Part shown: positions 17,548 through 26,884 of the stretch, in pieces
How positions within the stretch are numbered: position 1 is the stretch's first letter
Layout of the letters: the number at the start of each line of letters is the position of its first letter
Source of the DNA: Gemmataceae bacterium
Lineage (GTDB): Bacteria > Planctomycetota > Planctomycetia > Gemmatales > HRBIN36
NCBI GenBank assembly: GCA_040289265.1
Contig: PSKW01000002.1
Span: 28,709 to 92,708, forward strand
DNA length: 64,000 nucleotides
Direction: 5' to 3'
The notes under the pieces: generated by a model
What the model saw: only the letters and a program-made list of their open reading frames with translations
What the model was told of the DNA's origin: nothing
The model's database searches: none
Position numbers and translations under genes: made by a program

Positions 17548-18467
17548 CGCGTAGGCGCGATCTCGACAGAAATAGCGGCAATTTGCGTGGCCAGCTGAGC
17601 AGCTAGCTGGGCATTGGCGACGATGAGTTGCCGATTGAGATCCAACAGCCTTTGTCCGGCGATCCCAGCCAAAGCGGCAAGCCATGCTGGGGTGGCTTGC
17701 GGTCCGCTGGGCAAGGTGGCTAGCACTGGTTGTGCTCGACGCATCAATTCCTGCCACTCCTCGGCGCTGTAGGCCAACGTGTGCGGCGGCAGTTGCACCA
17801 CGAGGACACCTCGACCACCCAAACGCCAATGCAAGGCAATCGCCTGGGCCAGCATTTCCAGACTCTCGAACGTGTGGCCCAGCCGAATACCACTGGTGCG
17901 CATATAAAAGGCCGGCATTTCCTCGGTGCGCCATCCCAGGACCGGCACGGAAAGTGTCTCCAAAAACTCCCAAGTTTGATGCAAGTCGAGAAAACTTTTG
18001 GGACCACAACACACGACCACCAGCGGAACCCTGGACAGTTCGCTGAGATCTGCAGAGATATCCCAGGTACCTGCCTGGTAGGGATGTGCACCGCCGATGC
18101 CCCCTGTGGCCATCACCCGGACATGCCCCAAGCGTCCGGCGATCCGCAAAGTACCGGCGACGGTAGTCCCAGCCCAGGCACCTAGAGACGCCAGCGCCGC
18201 GATGTCCCGCGCACTCGCCTTGTGACTCTGCGTTTGTGCCAGCTCGGCCAACTGTTCGGGCAATAGACCCACCTGGATACGGCCCGCGATCAAGGCGATC
18301 GTCGCCGGAACTGCCCCGGCATCTCGGACCGCCTGCTCGGCTTCCAAGGCGGTGCGGTAATTGACCGGCCAAGGTAGCCCGTGGGTGATGTAGGCAGACT
18401 CCAGAGCCACTAGCGGACGCCGCTGCGTAATGGCCTGGCCCGTCTCGGCGGTTAGCTCAATAGCCAT
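17544..18467 (-). CDS. psuG: pseudouridine-5'-phosphate glycosidase
   Basis: Track ORF 17544..18536 (TTG). I prefer ATG 18467. Motifs: PLVALESAYITHGLPWP...ATIALIAGRIQVGL...GTTVAGTLRIAG...VMATGGIGGAH...DISADLSEL...PLVVVCCGPKSFLD (IndA/PsuG family). Confidence 0.88.
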   Translation of the reverse strand: MAIELTAETGQAITQRRPLVALESAYITHGLPWPVNYRTALEAEQAVRDAGAVPATIALIAGRIQVGLLPEQLAELAQTQSHKASARDIAALASLGAWAGTTVAGTLRIAGRLGHVRVMATGGIGGAHPYQAGTWDISADLSELSRVPLVVVCCGPKSFLDLHQTWEFLETLSVPVLGWRTEEMPAFYMRTSGIRLGHTFESLEMLAQAIALHWRLGGRGVLVVQLPPHTLAYSAEEWQELMRRAQPVLATLPSGPQATPAWLAALAGIAGQRLLDLNRQLIVANAQLAAQLATQIAAISVEIAPTR

Positions 18468-18540
18468 CTGGCTGAACGTTCCTGTACCGGGCACGCCCCC
18501 ACGCTCAGACACCGGTGCAAATCCATTCGCCTTCAATCAC

Positions 18541-19665
18541 TTATGCTTTCTGGCGCACCGATACGACTTTTGCTGCCGCTCCCCAGCGGCGCCATACCCA
18601 GAGAGCCAGTCCAGCAACCAGAAGCCCCACGCTTACGTACTGCGAAAGCGTTAGGTTGCCTGCATAGCGTTCGTTGTCCAGTCGCAAGAACTCGACCAGG
18701 AAGCGGTCCAAGCCGTAGGTCATCATCAACATGCCGGCCACTTCTCCAGGTCGGCGCCGGAACGGGTAATAAGCGCTGAGGAGGAAGAAAAGTATTAGCC
18801 CATCCAGCGACATATACAGTTGCGTAGGGTGGACGGCTACGCTCGGCTTCGGAAGTATTTCCAAAGTGCTTTGCTTTTCGGCGCCGTCTTCGGAACGTGC
18901 GACAGTCATTTCCAAGCTCTCTTGAGGAGGTAAATTTTCCAGCACCTGAAAAAGCTGCCACAGGTTGTCCACTGGCACCGGCTTGTCCGCAACCCCGCGC
19001 GCTAAGCGTACAGCGACGATACGATCCTTAGGCCGTAGTCCGGCATGCCAAGCCGGGGCATCCTTTTCCACCCACTGCACGCGCACAGAGGCCCTTCCCC
19101 TGTCGGCCGTCTCGGCGACTTGAAAGCCATAGGCGGTCTGGTATCCCAGCGCCACGACAGCTCGGTGCGGTGGGCTCTGCCCGGGAAACGATACGCCCCA
19201 GGGAAAAGTCCCGGGTTCGACGGGCAGGCCGTAACAACACCCTGTCAAAAAGCAGCCCAGCCGTCCAAAAAACAGACCAAGGCCCACCGAAGGACTGATC
19301 ACATCGGCAAAGGCGAGCGTACTCAGTCCCCGGCGTCTGTAGACGAGCACATAAGCAAGCAGGTAGCCCAGCAAGCCCCCAGCGACAGCCCCGTACAGGA
19401 CCAAGCCACCTTGCCACAATTTGTAAAAATCCCGCCAGGTCTGGCCAGGAACCGGCTCGGCGATCATGGAAAGCAGCCGACCGCCGAAAATCCCGCCCAC
19501 GAAAATCCACAGCGCTAAATCGAGCACCGCCTCGCGTCCTATGCCTTCGCGTGCGGCACGTCTGCCAGCCACCCAACTGCACACGACAAAGGCTATGAAC
19601 AACATGACACCGTAGCCGAACACCGGCCAATCCAAACCGGGAATGCGAAAAAGCACTTGGCGCAT
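18541..19665 (-). CDS. lgt: prolipoprotein diacylglyceryl transferase with inserted PDZ-like domain
   Basis: Track ORF 18541..19695, start at ATG 19665. Lgt blocks are present: VFGYGVMLFIAF, GGRLL, WQGGLVLYGAVAGG, FGRLGCFLTGCCYG, HPTQLYMSL, YGLDRFLVEFLR. A ~95-aa insertion between GCCYG and HPTQLY looks PDZ-like (see findings). Confidence 0.9.
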   Translation of the reverse strand: MRQVLFRIPGLDWPVFGYGVMLFIAFVVCSWVAGRRAAREGIGREAVLDLALWIFVGGIFGGRLLSMIAEPVPGQTWRDFYKLWQGGLVLYGAVAGGLLGYLLAYVLVYRRRGLSTLAFADVISPSVGLGLFFGRLGCFLTGCCYGLPVEPGTFPWGVSFPGQSPPHRAVVALGYQTAYGFQVAETADRGRASVRVQWVEKDAPAWHAGLRPKDRIVAVRLARGVADKPVPVDNLWQLFQVLENLPPQESLEMTVARSEDGAEKQSTLEILPKPSVAVHPTQLYMSLDGLILFFLLSAYYPFRRRPGEVAGMLMMTYGLDRFLVEFLRLDNERYAGNLTLSQYVSVGLLVAGLALWVWRRWGAAAKVVSVRQKA

Positions 19666-19712
19666 CGGATCTGTCCTGTTGCCTCCCGCGGGCAAATGGT
19701 CGTGCCGGTCCG

Positions 19713-20702
19713 TCAGGGCACACTCAGCTGATCGAGGACCTCGCTCACAATGCGATCAGGCGTCCACTCTTGCGCCTCGGCCTCGTACGTCAGAATGAGC
19801 CGATGACGCATCACATCGGCAGCCACTTCTTTGATGTCTTGAGGCGTAACGTACAGTCGGCCCGAGAAAAGAGCCTGCACGCGGCTGGCTAGCGCCAGAG
19901 CGATAGTACCGCGCGGACTGACACCGTACTGCACCAAACCATGCAGCTTCAGTCCATAAGCCTCCGGCTGGCGCGTCGCCCGGGCAATGTCCACAATGTA
20001 CTTGCGGATTCGCGCATCCACGTATACGCCATCCACTAGTTTACGCACCTGCAGGATATCGGCAGCCGACCAAATCGGGTTCAGGGTCAACTCCGGCGCC
20101 GTCACAGCCATGCGCTCGACGATGCGTATTTCTTCCTCTTCGCTCGGGTAATCCACCAACAGCTTCATGAAAAAACGATCTACCTGTGCCTCGGGTAGCG
20201 GGTAAGTTCCTTCCTGCTCGATGGGATTCTGGGTGGCGATCACCAAAAAAGGGTCGGGCAAATGCAAGGTCTCGTCGCCTAACGTCACCTGGTGCTCCTG
20301 CATAGCCTCGAGCAGAGCACTTTGCACTTTGGCAGGTGCTCGATTGATCTCGTCCGCTAGTACTAGATGGGCAAAGATCGGGCCGCGCCGCACACTGAAC
20401 GATCCTGTCTGCGGCTGAAAAACTTGCGTGCCTAGCACATCGGCCGGTAGCAAGTCCGGCGTAAACTGAATGCGTGCAAACTTCAACTGTAACACGCCGG
20501 CAACACACTTGGCCAGCAAAGTCTTTGCCAAACCAGGTACCCCTTCCAGTAAGAGGTGCCCTCCGCTCAGCAAACCCATCAGCATTCGCTGTACCAGCCT
20601 CTTTTGCCCTACGATAACTTTTTCGATCTCAGCATAAAGTGCAGCAAGCTGTTCAGAAATGACCTGGACTTGCTGTTCAGCAGTTCCTAATTTTTCGTGC
20701 AT
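19713..20702 (-). CDS. MoxR-family AAA+ ATPase
   Basis: VIVGQKRLVQRMLMGLLSGGHLLLEGVPGLAKT (Walker A), FAHLVLADEINRAPAKVQSALLEAMQE (Walker B/sensor), and ATQNPIEQEGTYPLPEAQVDRF. 329 aa. Confidence 0.92.
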   Translation of the reverse strand: MHEKLGTAEQQVQVISEQLAALYAEIEKVIVGQKRLVQRMLMGLLSGGHLLLEGVPGLAKTLLAKCVAGVLQLKFARIQFTPDLLPADVLGTQVFQPQTGSFSVRRGPIFAHLVLADEINRAPAKVQSALLEAMQEHQVTLGDETLHLPDPFLVIATQNPIEQEGTYPLPEAQVDRFFMKLLVDYPSEEEEIRIVERMAVTAPELTLNPIWSAADILQVRKLVDGVYVDARIRKYIVDIARATRQPEAYGLKLHGLVQYGVSPRGTIALALASRVQALFSGRLYVTPQDIKEVAADVMRHRLILTYEAEAQEWTPDRIVSEVLDQLSVP

Positions 20703-20935
20703 GCAGAAGATCTCCCGGCGGCTGTCCGTTTTCCTCGGCTAAATTGCATTAGATGTCTATGTTAGGCGTACAGGCCTGGATGGACCTGCTCCCCCACGAC
20801 GCGTCCAGGTAGCAGTGCCCTGTGCGCTCAGGGTCGAGCCCATGAAGAGCGAAAGCTACACGAGTCGCTCGAGGCCGCCCTGCATGTGCGCGATCGCATA
20901 AGCTGTGCGCCATCAGATATGGAGATGCTAGGACT

Positions 20936-21307
20936 ATGAGCGATCCAGGCAGGTACGGAGGCCAAACGGTCAAACTGCATCTGCTCAATTCATTCCTCGA
21001 AGCCACTGCGATCGGCGAGGGGCAAATTGTGGTCCACCGTTTTCCCTTCGTCATCGGTCGTGCTCATAACTCGGATTACCGGTTGGACTTAGCTTTTATA
21101 TCGAGGCACCACTGCACTATTTTTTGCCATGGCGGCCGCGTCTGGGTGCGCGACCTGGAATCGTTCAATGGGACATACATCAACGGCGAGCGAGTTACCG
21201 AACCGCGGCCTCTTCGCGACGGCGATACGTTGAGTCTCGGGCCTTTGAACTTTCGCGTCGCCATCGCTTTGGGCAGTAGCACCGAGCTACCTATTATCCG
21301 GTCTTGA
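20936..21307 (+). CDS. FHA domain-containing protein
   Basis: FVIGRAHNSDYRLDLAFISRHHCTIF...VWVRDLESFNGTYINGERV...LRDGDTLSLGPLNFRV is the canonical FHA pattern (GR...SR.H...S.NGT..NG). Confidence 0.85.
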   Translation: MSDPGRYGGQTVKLHLLNSFLEATAIGEGQIVVHRFPFVIGRAHNSDYRLDLAFISRHHCTIFCHGGRVWVRDLESFNGTYINGERVTEPRPLRDGDTLSLGPLNFRVAIALGSSTELPIIRS

Positions 21308-21618
21308 CGACACACGTCAATTGTTGTCCTGCGCTACGAAACGCGCGCGCCAAAGTCACCACCGGTCGTCACGCCGGCGCAGCGGCTGGCGAAGCCGGAC
21401 AGGATGGCGCACCCGATCCACTCAACGAATGAGATTGAGTCGCCAAGCGAATGCAGGTATGATGGGCAGAACCTGAACGTTCGCCTGAGCTTGTTCGTTC
21501 CCCCAGCGCGCAGGATTATGATAGCTAGTGGGGTCGAGAAGCTGGCTACGGCCGAAATGTGACGGGCGCCGTGCCACTTCGCGATGCGGTCCACCGGTGA
21601 AACGACGGAGCCGAACCG

Positions 21619-23127
21619 ATGCCGAGACGGAATTTGATCTGGATTCTGGCGACGGTGACTTTTTGCGTGCTCACCTGGGCGATGGTACAAAGCAGCGGGA
21701 TGCCGCCTCGCGGTCCACTCCAGGTCGCACGATTGCTACCTGGGTACGAACAGGACTACGAAAACTTGTCGCTGTTTCTCGATATTTTGCAATATGTGGA
21801 GCGCAATTATGTACGACCGCTGGATGCAAAGGCGCGCCGCAAGTTTTTCGAAGACGCCATCCAAGGCGGTCTGCAAGGGCTCGACGAGCATTCTTCGTTC
21901 ATCAACGAAAAGGAACTGCGCATCTTCCAGCGGCAAAACGAGGGCGAATACACAGGTATCGGCATCCAAATCACCGTCCACCGCGAGACCAAACGTTTGG
22001 TGGTCGTCACCCCTATCGTGGGTACCCCCGCATACCATGCCGGTATCAAACCCGACGACGAGATCCTGAAAATAGACGGAGCGTCCACCGAAGGTATGAG
22101 CGCAGAGGACGCAGTCGAGCGCATCCAAGGCCCCCCTGGAACGCAAGTTACCCTCACCATCCGGCATCGTGGCGAACCTATGGAACGAGACATCAGACTG
22201 ACGCGCAGTCGGATCGAAGTGGAAACGGTCCTCGGAGACCGGCGTCGTGCCGACGGCCAATGGGATTTTTTGCTCGACAAAGACGCAGGCATAGGCTATG
22301 TGCGCGTGGTCCAGTTCAGTCGCCGCACTGCTGAGGAGTTGGAAGCCGTCTTGCAAAGACTCAGCAACTCCGGCCTGCGGGCACTGATCGTGGATTTGCG
22401 GGACAACCCAGGGGGACTGCTGGACGTTGCCGTCAAAATCGCCGACCTTTTTCTGGAGCACGGCACGATCGTTACGGTCCAGGGACGTGCCGAAGAGTCG
22501 CAACGGGTATTCGAAGCCCACCAACCGGGCACTTATTTGACGCCGGCACAGCGCTATCCCATGGCGGTTTTGATCAATCGCTCCAGTGCCAGTGCCAGCG
22601 AGATCGTCGCCGCCGCTTTGCAGGACCACAAACGGGCCGTAATCTTAGGCGAGCGCAGCTTCGGCAAAGGCAGCGTGCAAAACCTGATCTCCCTAGAGCG
22701 CGGTAAAAGTGCGCTCAAGCTGACCGTGGCTCGGTACTTGCGTCCCAGTGGCAAAAACATTCATCGCTTCGCCGACAGCCGTGACGACGATGACTGGGGT
22801 GTTCGTCCTGACATCGAGATGCGGCTGGCCGACCGCGAGTGGCGCGACTATTGGGAAGCCCGCCGAGAACGCGATATCATCCGCGACGAAAGCCAAGTGC
22901 TCCTGGAAGGCATGGCCTCGCTGAATCTGACGCTAGCCCCGATAACGCAGCCGGCAATGCCTCTCGTGCTGGGCGGATCGCAAGTCTTGCTGACTCAATT
23001 TTGGACCGGAGCGGCGCTCATGCCACGCGATTACCGCGGCCAGCCCCGACTGGTGCCGCGCGTCTTCCGCGACAAAGTCCTGGAACGGGCCATGCAGGAG
23101 CTTTACGAGAAGCTCAAAGCCGGGTGA
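21619..23127 (+). CDS. S41-family C-terminal processing peptidase
   Basis: N-terminal anchor, a PDZ region (GIGIQITVH...VVTPIVGTPAYHAGIKPDDEILKIDG), and catalytic blocks LIVDLRDNPGGLL and SASASEIVAAALQDHKRAVILGERSFGKGSVQ. Confidence 0.9.
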   Translation: MPRRNLIWILATVTFCVLTWAMVQSSGMPPRGPLQVARLLPGYEQDYENLSLFLDILQYVERNYVRPLDAKARRKFFEDAIQGGLQGLDEHSSFINEKELRIFQRQNEGEYTGIGIQITVHRETKRLVVVTPIVGTPAYHAGIKPDDEILKIDGASTEGMSAEDAVERIQGPPGTQVTLTIRHRGEPMERDIRLTRSRIEVETVLGDRRRADGQWDFLLDKDAGIGYVRVVQFSRRTAEELEAVLQRLSNSGLRALIVDLRDNPGGLLDVAVKIADLFLEHGTIVTVQGRAEESQRVFEAHQPGTYLTPAQRYPMAVLINRSSASASEIVAAALQDHKRAVILGERSFGKGSVQNLISLERGKSALKLTVARYLRPSGKNIHRFADSRDDDDWGVRPDIEMRLADREWRDYWEARRERDIIRDESQVLLEGMASLNLTLAPITQPAMPLVLGGSQVLLTQFWTGAALMPRDYRGQPRLVPRVFRDKVLERAMQELYEKLKAG

Positions 23128-23135
23128 CATCGCCA

Positions 23136-23157
23136 AAAGTCCTTCCTAATGGACTTT
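23136..23157 (+). terminator. weak terminator-like hairpin after the S41 peptidase gene
   Basis: aaagtcc / ggacttt form a 7-bp stem with the 8-nt loop ttcctaat, starting 9 nt after the stop. The stem is AT-rich and there is no clear U-tract. Confidence 0.2.
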
Positions 23158-23359
23158 GCTCGGTCTCCTTGCCGGCCAAGTCGGTTCATTTTAATGAAAA
23201 GTTAAATTGCCCCTGCTATACTCTAGTCGGACACGAGCTGCCGCTCGAATGGCGCCCTGCGTCAGTCTGGGTGTGCCTAGAATGAGCGATAGGCCCTTTT
23301 TATGCCCGCCGAACGGGGACTAAGCTCGCTGCCATCTCCGGTCGAGGGAGGAGACGGTC

Positions 23360-25030
23360 ATGTGGCGCTGCTTGCTTTTGCTGTTTGCTTTTAGCTGGAT
23401 CTGCGGATGCGCTGACGGGCGTGCGGCACCAGCGCCTGCGAAAGATCGGTCTCCCGAGACCCTGCAGGCCGACGCCATGATGCCGGAAAGAGCTGTGGGC
23501 GCTGGTATTGTGCCACGCCCGACGAGCGAGGCACGCGCCGACAGCAAACGTGGGGCTGTCCGATCCAATGGCAAGAGCGCAGAGCCGTACGATCCTGCCT
23601 CTTCCGCCGCTGCCGGTTCTTCTTCTCCACGTGAAAAGACTACAAGGTCCGACGCGCCATCCCCAGGCGGGACGGAGCAAACACACACTGCGCCGCAGCA
23701 GTCGCTAGGTGGGTCGCACCAGAGCGACGAGCTCGCCGATACTTCTGGGCTGCTAGCTCAAAATCGCGACGACCGCCGGCGACGCGACCGGTCTGCTGAA
23801 AACAATCAACAGCAAGGCAATGAACAACGACGACCTAATTTCATGTTTCGTCCGAGGCGAACCGGGGGCACAGACGGATCGTCTCGCAACGGCTCCGGCA
23901 ACGCCCCGGCGGCCGAGGGCAACGGTAGCGCCGCCGGATCGGCCTTGCCTGGTGCTGTGCCGTTTTCTCCAGGCACAGGCCCACTCGGCAACGCCGAGGG
24001 AGACGAACGCGTGCCGCGGCACTTCAAACCGCGGACTCTCCCCGCGGGACTGCCGTCGTGGTTTGCCGAGCGCGATCGCGACAAGGACGGGCAACTCGGC
24101 ATGTACGAATGGCCGGCAGATCAGTACGCCGAGTTCGAAAAATACGACCGCAACCACGATGGCTTTGTGACGGCCGAGGAAGTACTCAAAGTGCTGCGCC
24201 CGCAGGTAGCAACCAACACGGCGGGACCCAGTACCAACACCGGCACTGCCTCGACGACATCCGGCAACTCTAGCGGTGGTACACCGGCAGGCCAGGCTAA
24301 CACCGGGGCAGGTGCTTTGACGGGGCAGCCGGCTAATAGTTTCGGCGGCCTAACACCGGGTAATCCTGGATCGGTAGGCTTTTCTGGCTTTTTCGGACCT
24401 GGTATGGGTCAGCCTGCACCTATGGACGATCAAACTGTGCGCAACATGGTGCAAAGTCTCATCCTGGCGCGTTACGACCGCAATCGCGACAATCGTCTGG
24501 ATCCCGAAGAAATCCAGGCCACGCGCCAACTGCGGTTCGACTGGCGCCGCTGGGACACGAACCAGGATGGCTACCTCGACCTCAATGAGCTTATGGTATA
24601 CTGGCGCAATCGGAGCAACTTCGGCTTCGGTTTCGCCCAGGGTACATCGGGCTTCGGCGGACCAGGCCAGACGCCTGGTTTTGGTGGCTCGGGCCAAAAT
24701 CCTGGTTTCGGCGCACCAGGGGGCCGGTTCCCAGGACGCGGAGGTGGCTTCGGAGGTTTCGGTGGCTTTCCTGGCAGCGGGTTCGCCGGACCGGGCGGCT
24801 TGCCTCCTGGCACTGGCGATCCTCAGGATCGCGCCCGAGATATGTTCCAGCGCTTCGATACCAACGGCGACGGTCGTATCACTCCCGACGAGCTGCCAGG
24901 CTTTTTCAGCAGCCGCTTCCAACAATGGGACACCAATAAGGATGGCACCCTCGACCTCCAGGAGTTTACCCAAGGCATGCAAAACATGCGCATGAACTTC
25001 GGTCGCGGGGGCTTTGGAAGAGGTCCTTGA
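23360..25030 (+). CDS. secreted lipoprotein with six EF-hand calcium-binding loops and Gly/Pro-rich low-complexity regions
   Basis: GGAGGAG SD. Lipobox-like N-terminus MWRCLLLLFAFSWICGCA. EF-hand loops: DRDKDGQLGMYE, DRNHDGFVTAEE, DRNRDNRLDPEE, DTNQDGYLDLNE, DTNGDGRITPDE, DTNKDGTLDLQE. Confidence 0.8.
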   Translation: MWRCLLLLFAFSWICGCADGRAAPAPAKDRSPETLQADAMMPERAVGAGIVPRPTSEARADSKRGAVRSNGKSAEPYDPASSAAAGSSSPREKTTRSDAPSPGGTEQTHTAPQQSLGGSHQSDELADTSGLLAQNRDDRRRRDRSAENNQQQGNEQRRPNFMFRPRRTGGTDGSSRNGSGNAPAAEGNGSAAGSALPGAVPFSPGTGPLGNAEGDERVPRHFKPRTLPAGLPSWFAERDRDKDGQLGMYEWPADQYAEFEKYDRNHDGFVTAEEVLKVLRPQVATNTAGPSTNTGTASTTSGNSSGGTPAGQANTGAGALTGQPANSFGGLTPGNPGSVGFSGFFGPGMGQPAPMDDQTVRNMVQSLILARYDRNRDNRLDPEEIQATRQLRFDWRRWDTNQDGYLDLNELMVYWRNRSNFGFGFAQGTSGFGGPGQTPGFGGSGQNPGFGAPGGRFPGRGGGFGGFGGFPGSGFAGPGGLPPGTGDPQDRARDMFQRFDTNGDGRITPDELPGFFSSRFQQWDTNKDGTLDLQEFTQGMQNMRMNFGRGGFGRGP

Positions 25031-25031
25031 G

Positions 25032-25105
25032 TGGGCGCTAGAGGGCTCGAACCTCTGACCTCTACGATGTCAACGTAGCGCTCTGGCCAACTGAGCTAAG
25101 CGCCC
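25032..25105 (-). tRNA. tRNA-Val (anticodon GAC)
   Basis: The reverse complement reads GGGCGCTTAGCTCAGTTGGCCAGAGCGCTACGTTGACATCGTAGAGGTCAGAGGTTCGAGCCCTCTAGCGCCCA. The cloverleaf is complete, with anticodon loop TTGACAT. It begins 2 nt after the stop of the convergent EF-hand gene. Confidence 0.92.
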
Positions 25106-25434
25106 TTGGTCATCTCAAACATTAGACCCGCGCTTGCACTTCGTCAAGAGCAGCGGCTGCAGACCTACGACACCGGCGAACTGCACCGTTCAGCCCTGTG
25201 AGCAGGTCTCAGACTCGCAAACAACTCGACCTAGATAAGCCAGGCTCGAGCAGCATCCTCTGGCAATCCGATCCTGGCTTTTTCCATTCTATGCTGCTGC
25301 CTATGCCTCGTGCCTATACTCTATCCCGAGGACGTGCCTCGTTTGGCCCCAGCGACCGAACTGCGATGTGTATCGCAGCCCCAAAGGGTGCAGTGGCGAT
25401 CCACAAATGCGAGTGCCTAAGTCAGGAGGCCGAT

Positions 25435-26244
25435 GTGTCGAACAAGCCGCAAACGATCCCAGACAGCGACCCGGAAAGCGCAGTACAGTGGCTACGCCAG
25501 GCGCGTTATGTCACGGTGCTGACCGGCGCCGGAGTGTCCGCGGAAAGCGGCGTGCCCACTTTCCGCGGCGGCGGGGGATTGTGGGAAGGATACCGCATCG
25601 AGGACGTGGCTTCTCCGGAAGGATTTGCTCGCAATCCGCGGCTGGTTTGGGAGTTTTACAACGGGCGCCGAGCACGCTTGGCGCAGGTCCAACCCAATGC
25701 CGGCCATATCGCCTTAGCTACAATGGAAAAACATCTCGGCAGGCAGCGATTTGCTCTGGTCACGCAGAACGTGGACGGGTTGCATCAACGTGCCGGCAGT
25801 ACCGACGTCATCGAATTACACGGGAGCTTGTTGCGCACCCGCTGTACCGGCTGCGGCAGGTGCGAAGACCGCAATTTCGAGACCTTACCGGACTTGCCGC
25901 GCTGCCAGCATTGCGGTGCCCTTTTACGTCCGGACGTGGTCTGGTTTCATGAAATGTTGCCCGCAGATGCTTGGGAGCGGGCGGAACAAGCTACCCGGCG
26001 CGCCGATTTGTTTTTCTCCATCGGCACCAGTGCAGTAGTCTACCCGGCGGCGGCCTTGATTTATCTCGCCCATGAACGGGGCGCTCGCGTCATCGAGATC
26101 AATATCGAGCGCACCGAGGCCAGCGCCGTCGCCGATTTGGGCTTCTACGCACCTTCGGGCCAGGTACTGCCCCTTTTGATCGAGCGCGCCTTCGGCACCG
26201 CCGCCGACATGAAGGCCCCAAACCAGACAGAGGCTCAACCATGA
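25435..26244 (+). CDS. cobB: NAD-dependent protein deacylase, Sir2 family
   Basis: Track ORF 25198..26244. I prefer GTG 25435, which is preceded by AGGAGG with a 5-nt spacer. Motifs: [28 protein letters not shown], and a zinc ribbon CTGCG...CQHCG. Confidence 0.9.
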   Translation: MSNKPQTIPDSDPESAVQWLRQARYVTVLTGAGVSAESGVPTFRGGGGLWEGYRIEDVASPEGFARNPRLVWEFYNGRRARLAQVQPNAGHIALATMEKHLGRQRFALVTQNVDGLHQRAGSTDVIELHGSLLRTRCTGCGRCEDRNFETLPDLPRCQHCGALLRPDVVWFHEMLPADAWERAEQATRRADLFFSIGTSAVVYPAAALIYLAHERGARVIEINIERTEASAVADLGFYAPSGQVLPLLIERAFGTAADMKAPNQTEAQP

Positions 26245-26648
26245 GCACAGCGCAGGACAGTGCCGAGCGCTATCTGGCGATCAAGGTAGTCATGATGCCG
26301 CGCGATACCAACTCGCAGGGCACCATTTTCGGCGGCGTGCTCCTGAGTTATCTCGACCAAGCTGGAGCCGTGGGCGCTCGACACGAAATCGTCCGCCGTG
26401 GGGGGCGTCTGTGTCCCTTGGTGACCGTCGCTATGAAGCAGGTGGAGTTCCATCAGCCTGTACTCGTCGGCGATCTCGTCAGTTTCTGGACGCGACTCGT
26501 TCGTATCGGCCGTACGTCCATCACCATGCACGTCAACGTCGAAAGCGAGCGCAATGGCCAAACCCTGGGCGTGACCGAAGCGGAAGTCACGTACGTGGCG
26601 GTTACCGATACTGCTGAGGGGCGCCGGCCTGTCCCTATTTTTCCCTGA
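26241..26648 (+). CDS. acyl-CoA thioesterase (hotdog fold, YciA-like)
   Basis: 135 aa, with [25 protein letters not shown]...[13 protein letters not shown]. The ATGA start/stop overlap with the Sir2 gene suggests translational coupling. Confidence 0.85.
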   Translation: MSTAQDSAERYLAIKVVMMPRDTNSQGTIFGGVLLSYLDQAGAVGARHEIVRRGGRLCPLVTVAMKQVEFHQPVLVGDLVSFWTRLVRIGRTSITMHVNVESERNGQTLGVTEAEVTYVAVTDTAEGRRPVPIFP

Positions 26649-26884
26649 AGCCATTCGGCCGGAGCGTATCGGGTCCGACCGGACCAACGACGATGCCGTC
26701 CTACCCGTCGAGCCGACTGGCCTGCTACCGTCAGAGTCACTCCTGCTGGCGTGCATCCTGGGTACTTGGTAGTAGCACCCTACACGCCCTCCGGCGCACC
26801 CGCTAGTAATGTCTCAAGGCCGCCGCAGAGGGCTTTTGTGAGCTTCCGAGCGAGCGCCGCCGTTTCCGGGATAGAGGCAACGAC

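Noticed and set aside
17524-18372. 282-aa minus-strand ORF overlapping psuG in a different frame
   Set aside because: Off-frame shadow. The psuG frame carries all the IndA-family blocks.
21334-21690. 118-aa minus-strand ORF between the FHA and S41 peptidase genes
   Set aside because: It overlaps the well-supported S41 peptidase start. Its composition is Arg/His/Ser-rich and it has no RBS.
25198-25434. N-terminal 79 codons of the Sir2 track ORF
   Set aside because: The upstream extension is not Sir2-like. A GTG with an AGGAGG SD at 25435 gives a normal-length deacylase, and the extension would run very close to the tRNA-Val gene.
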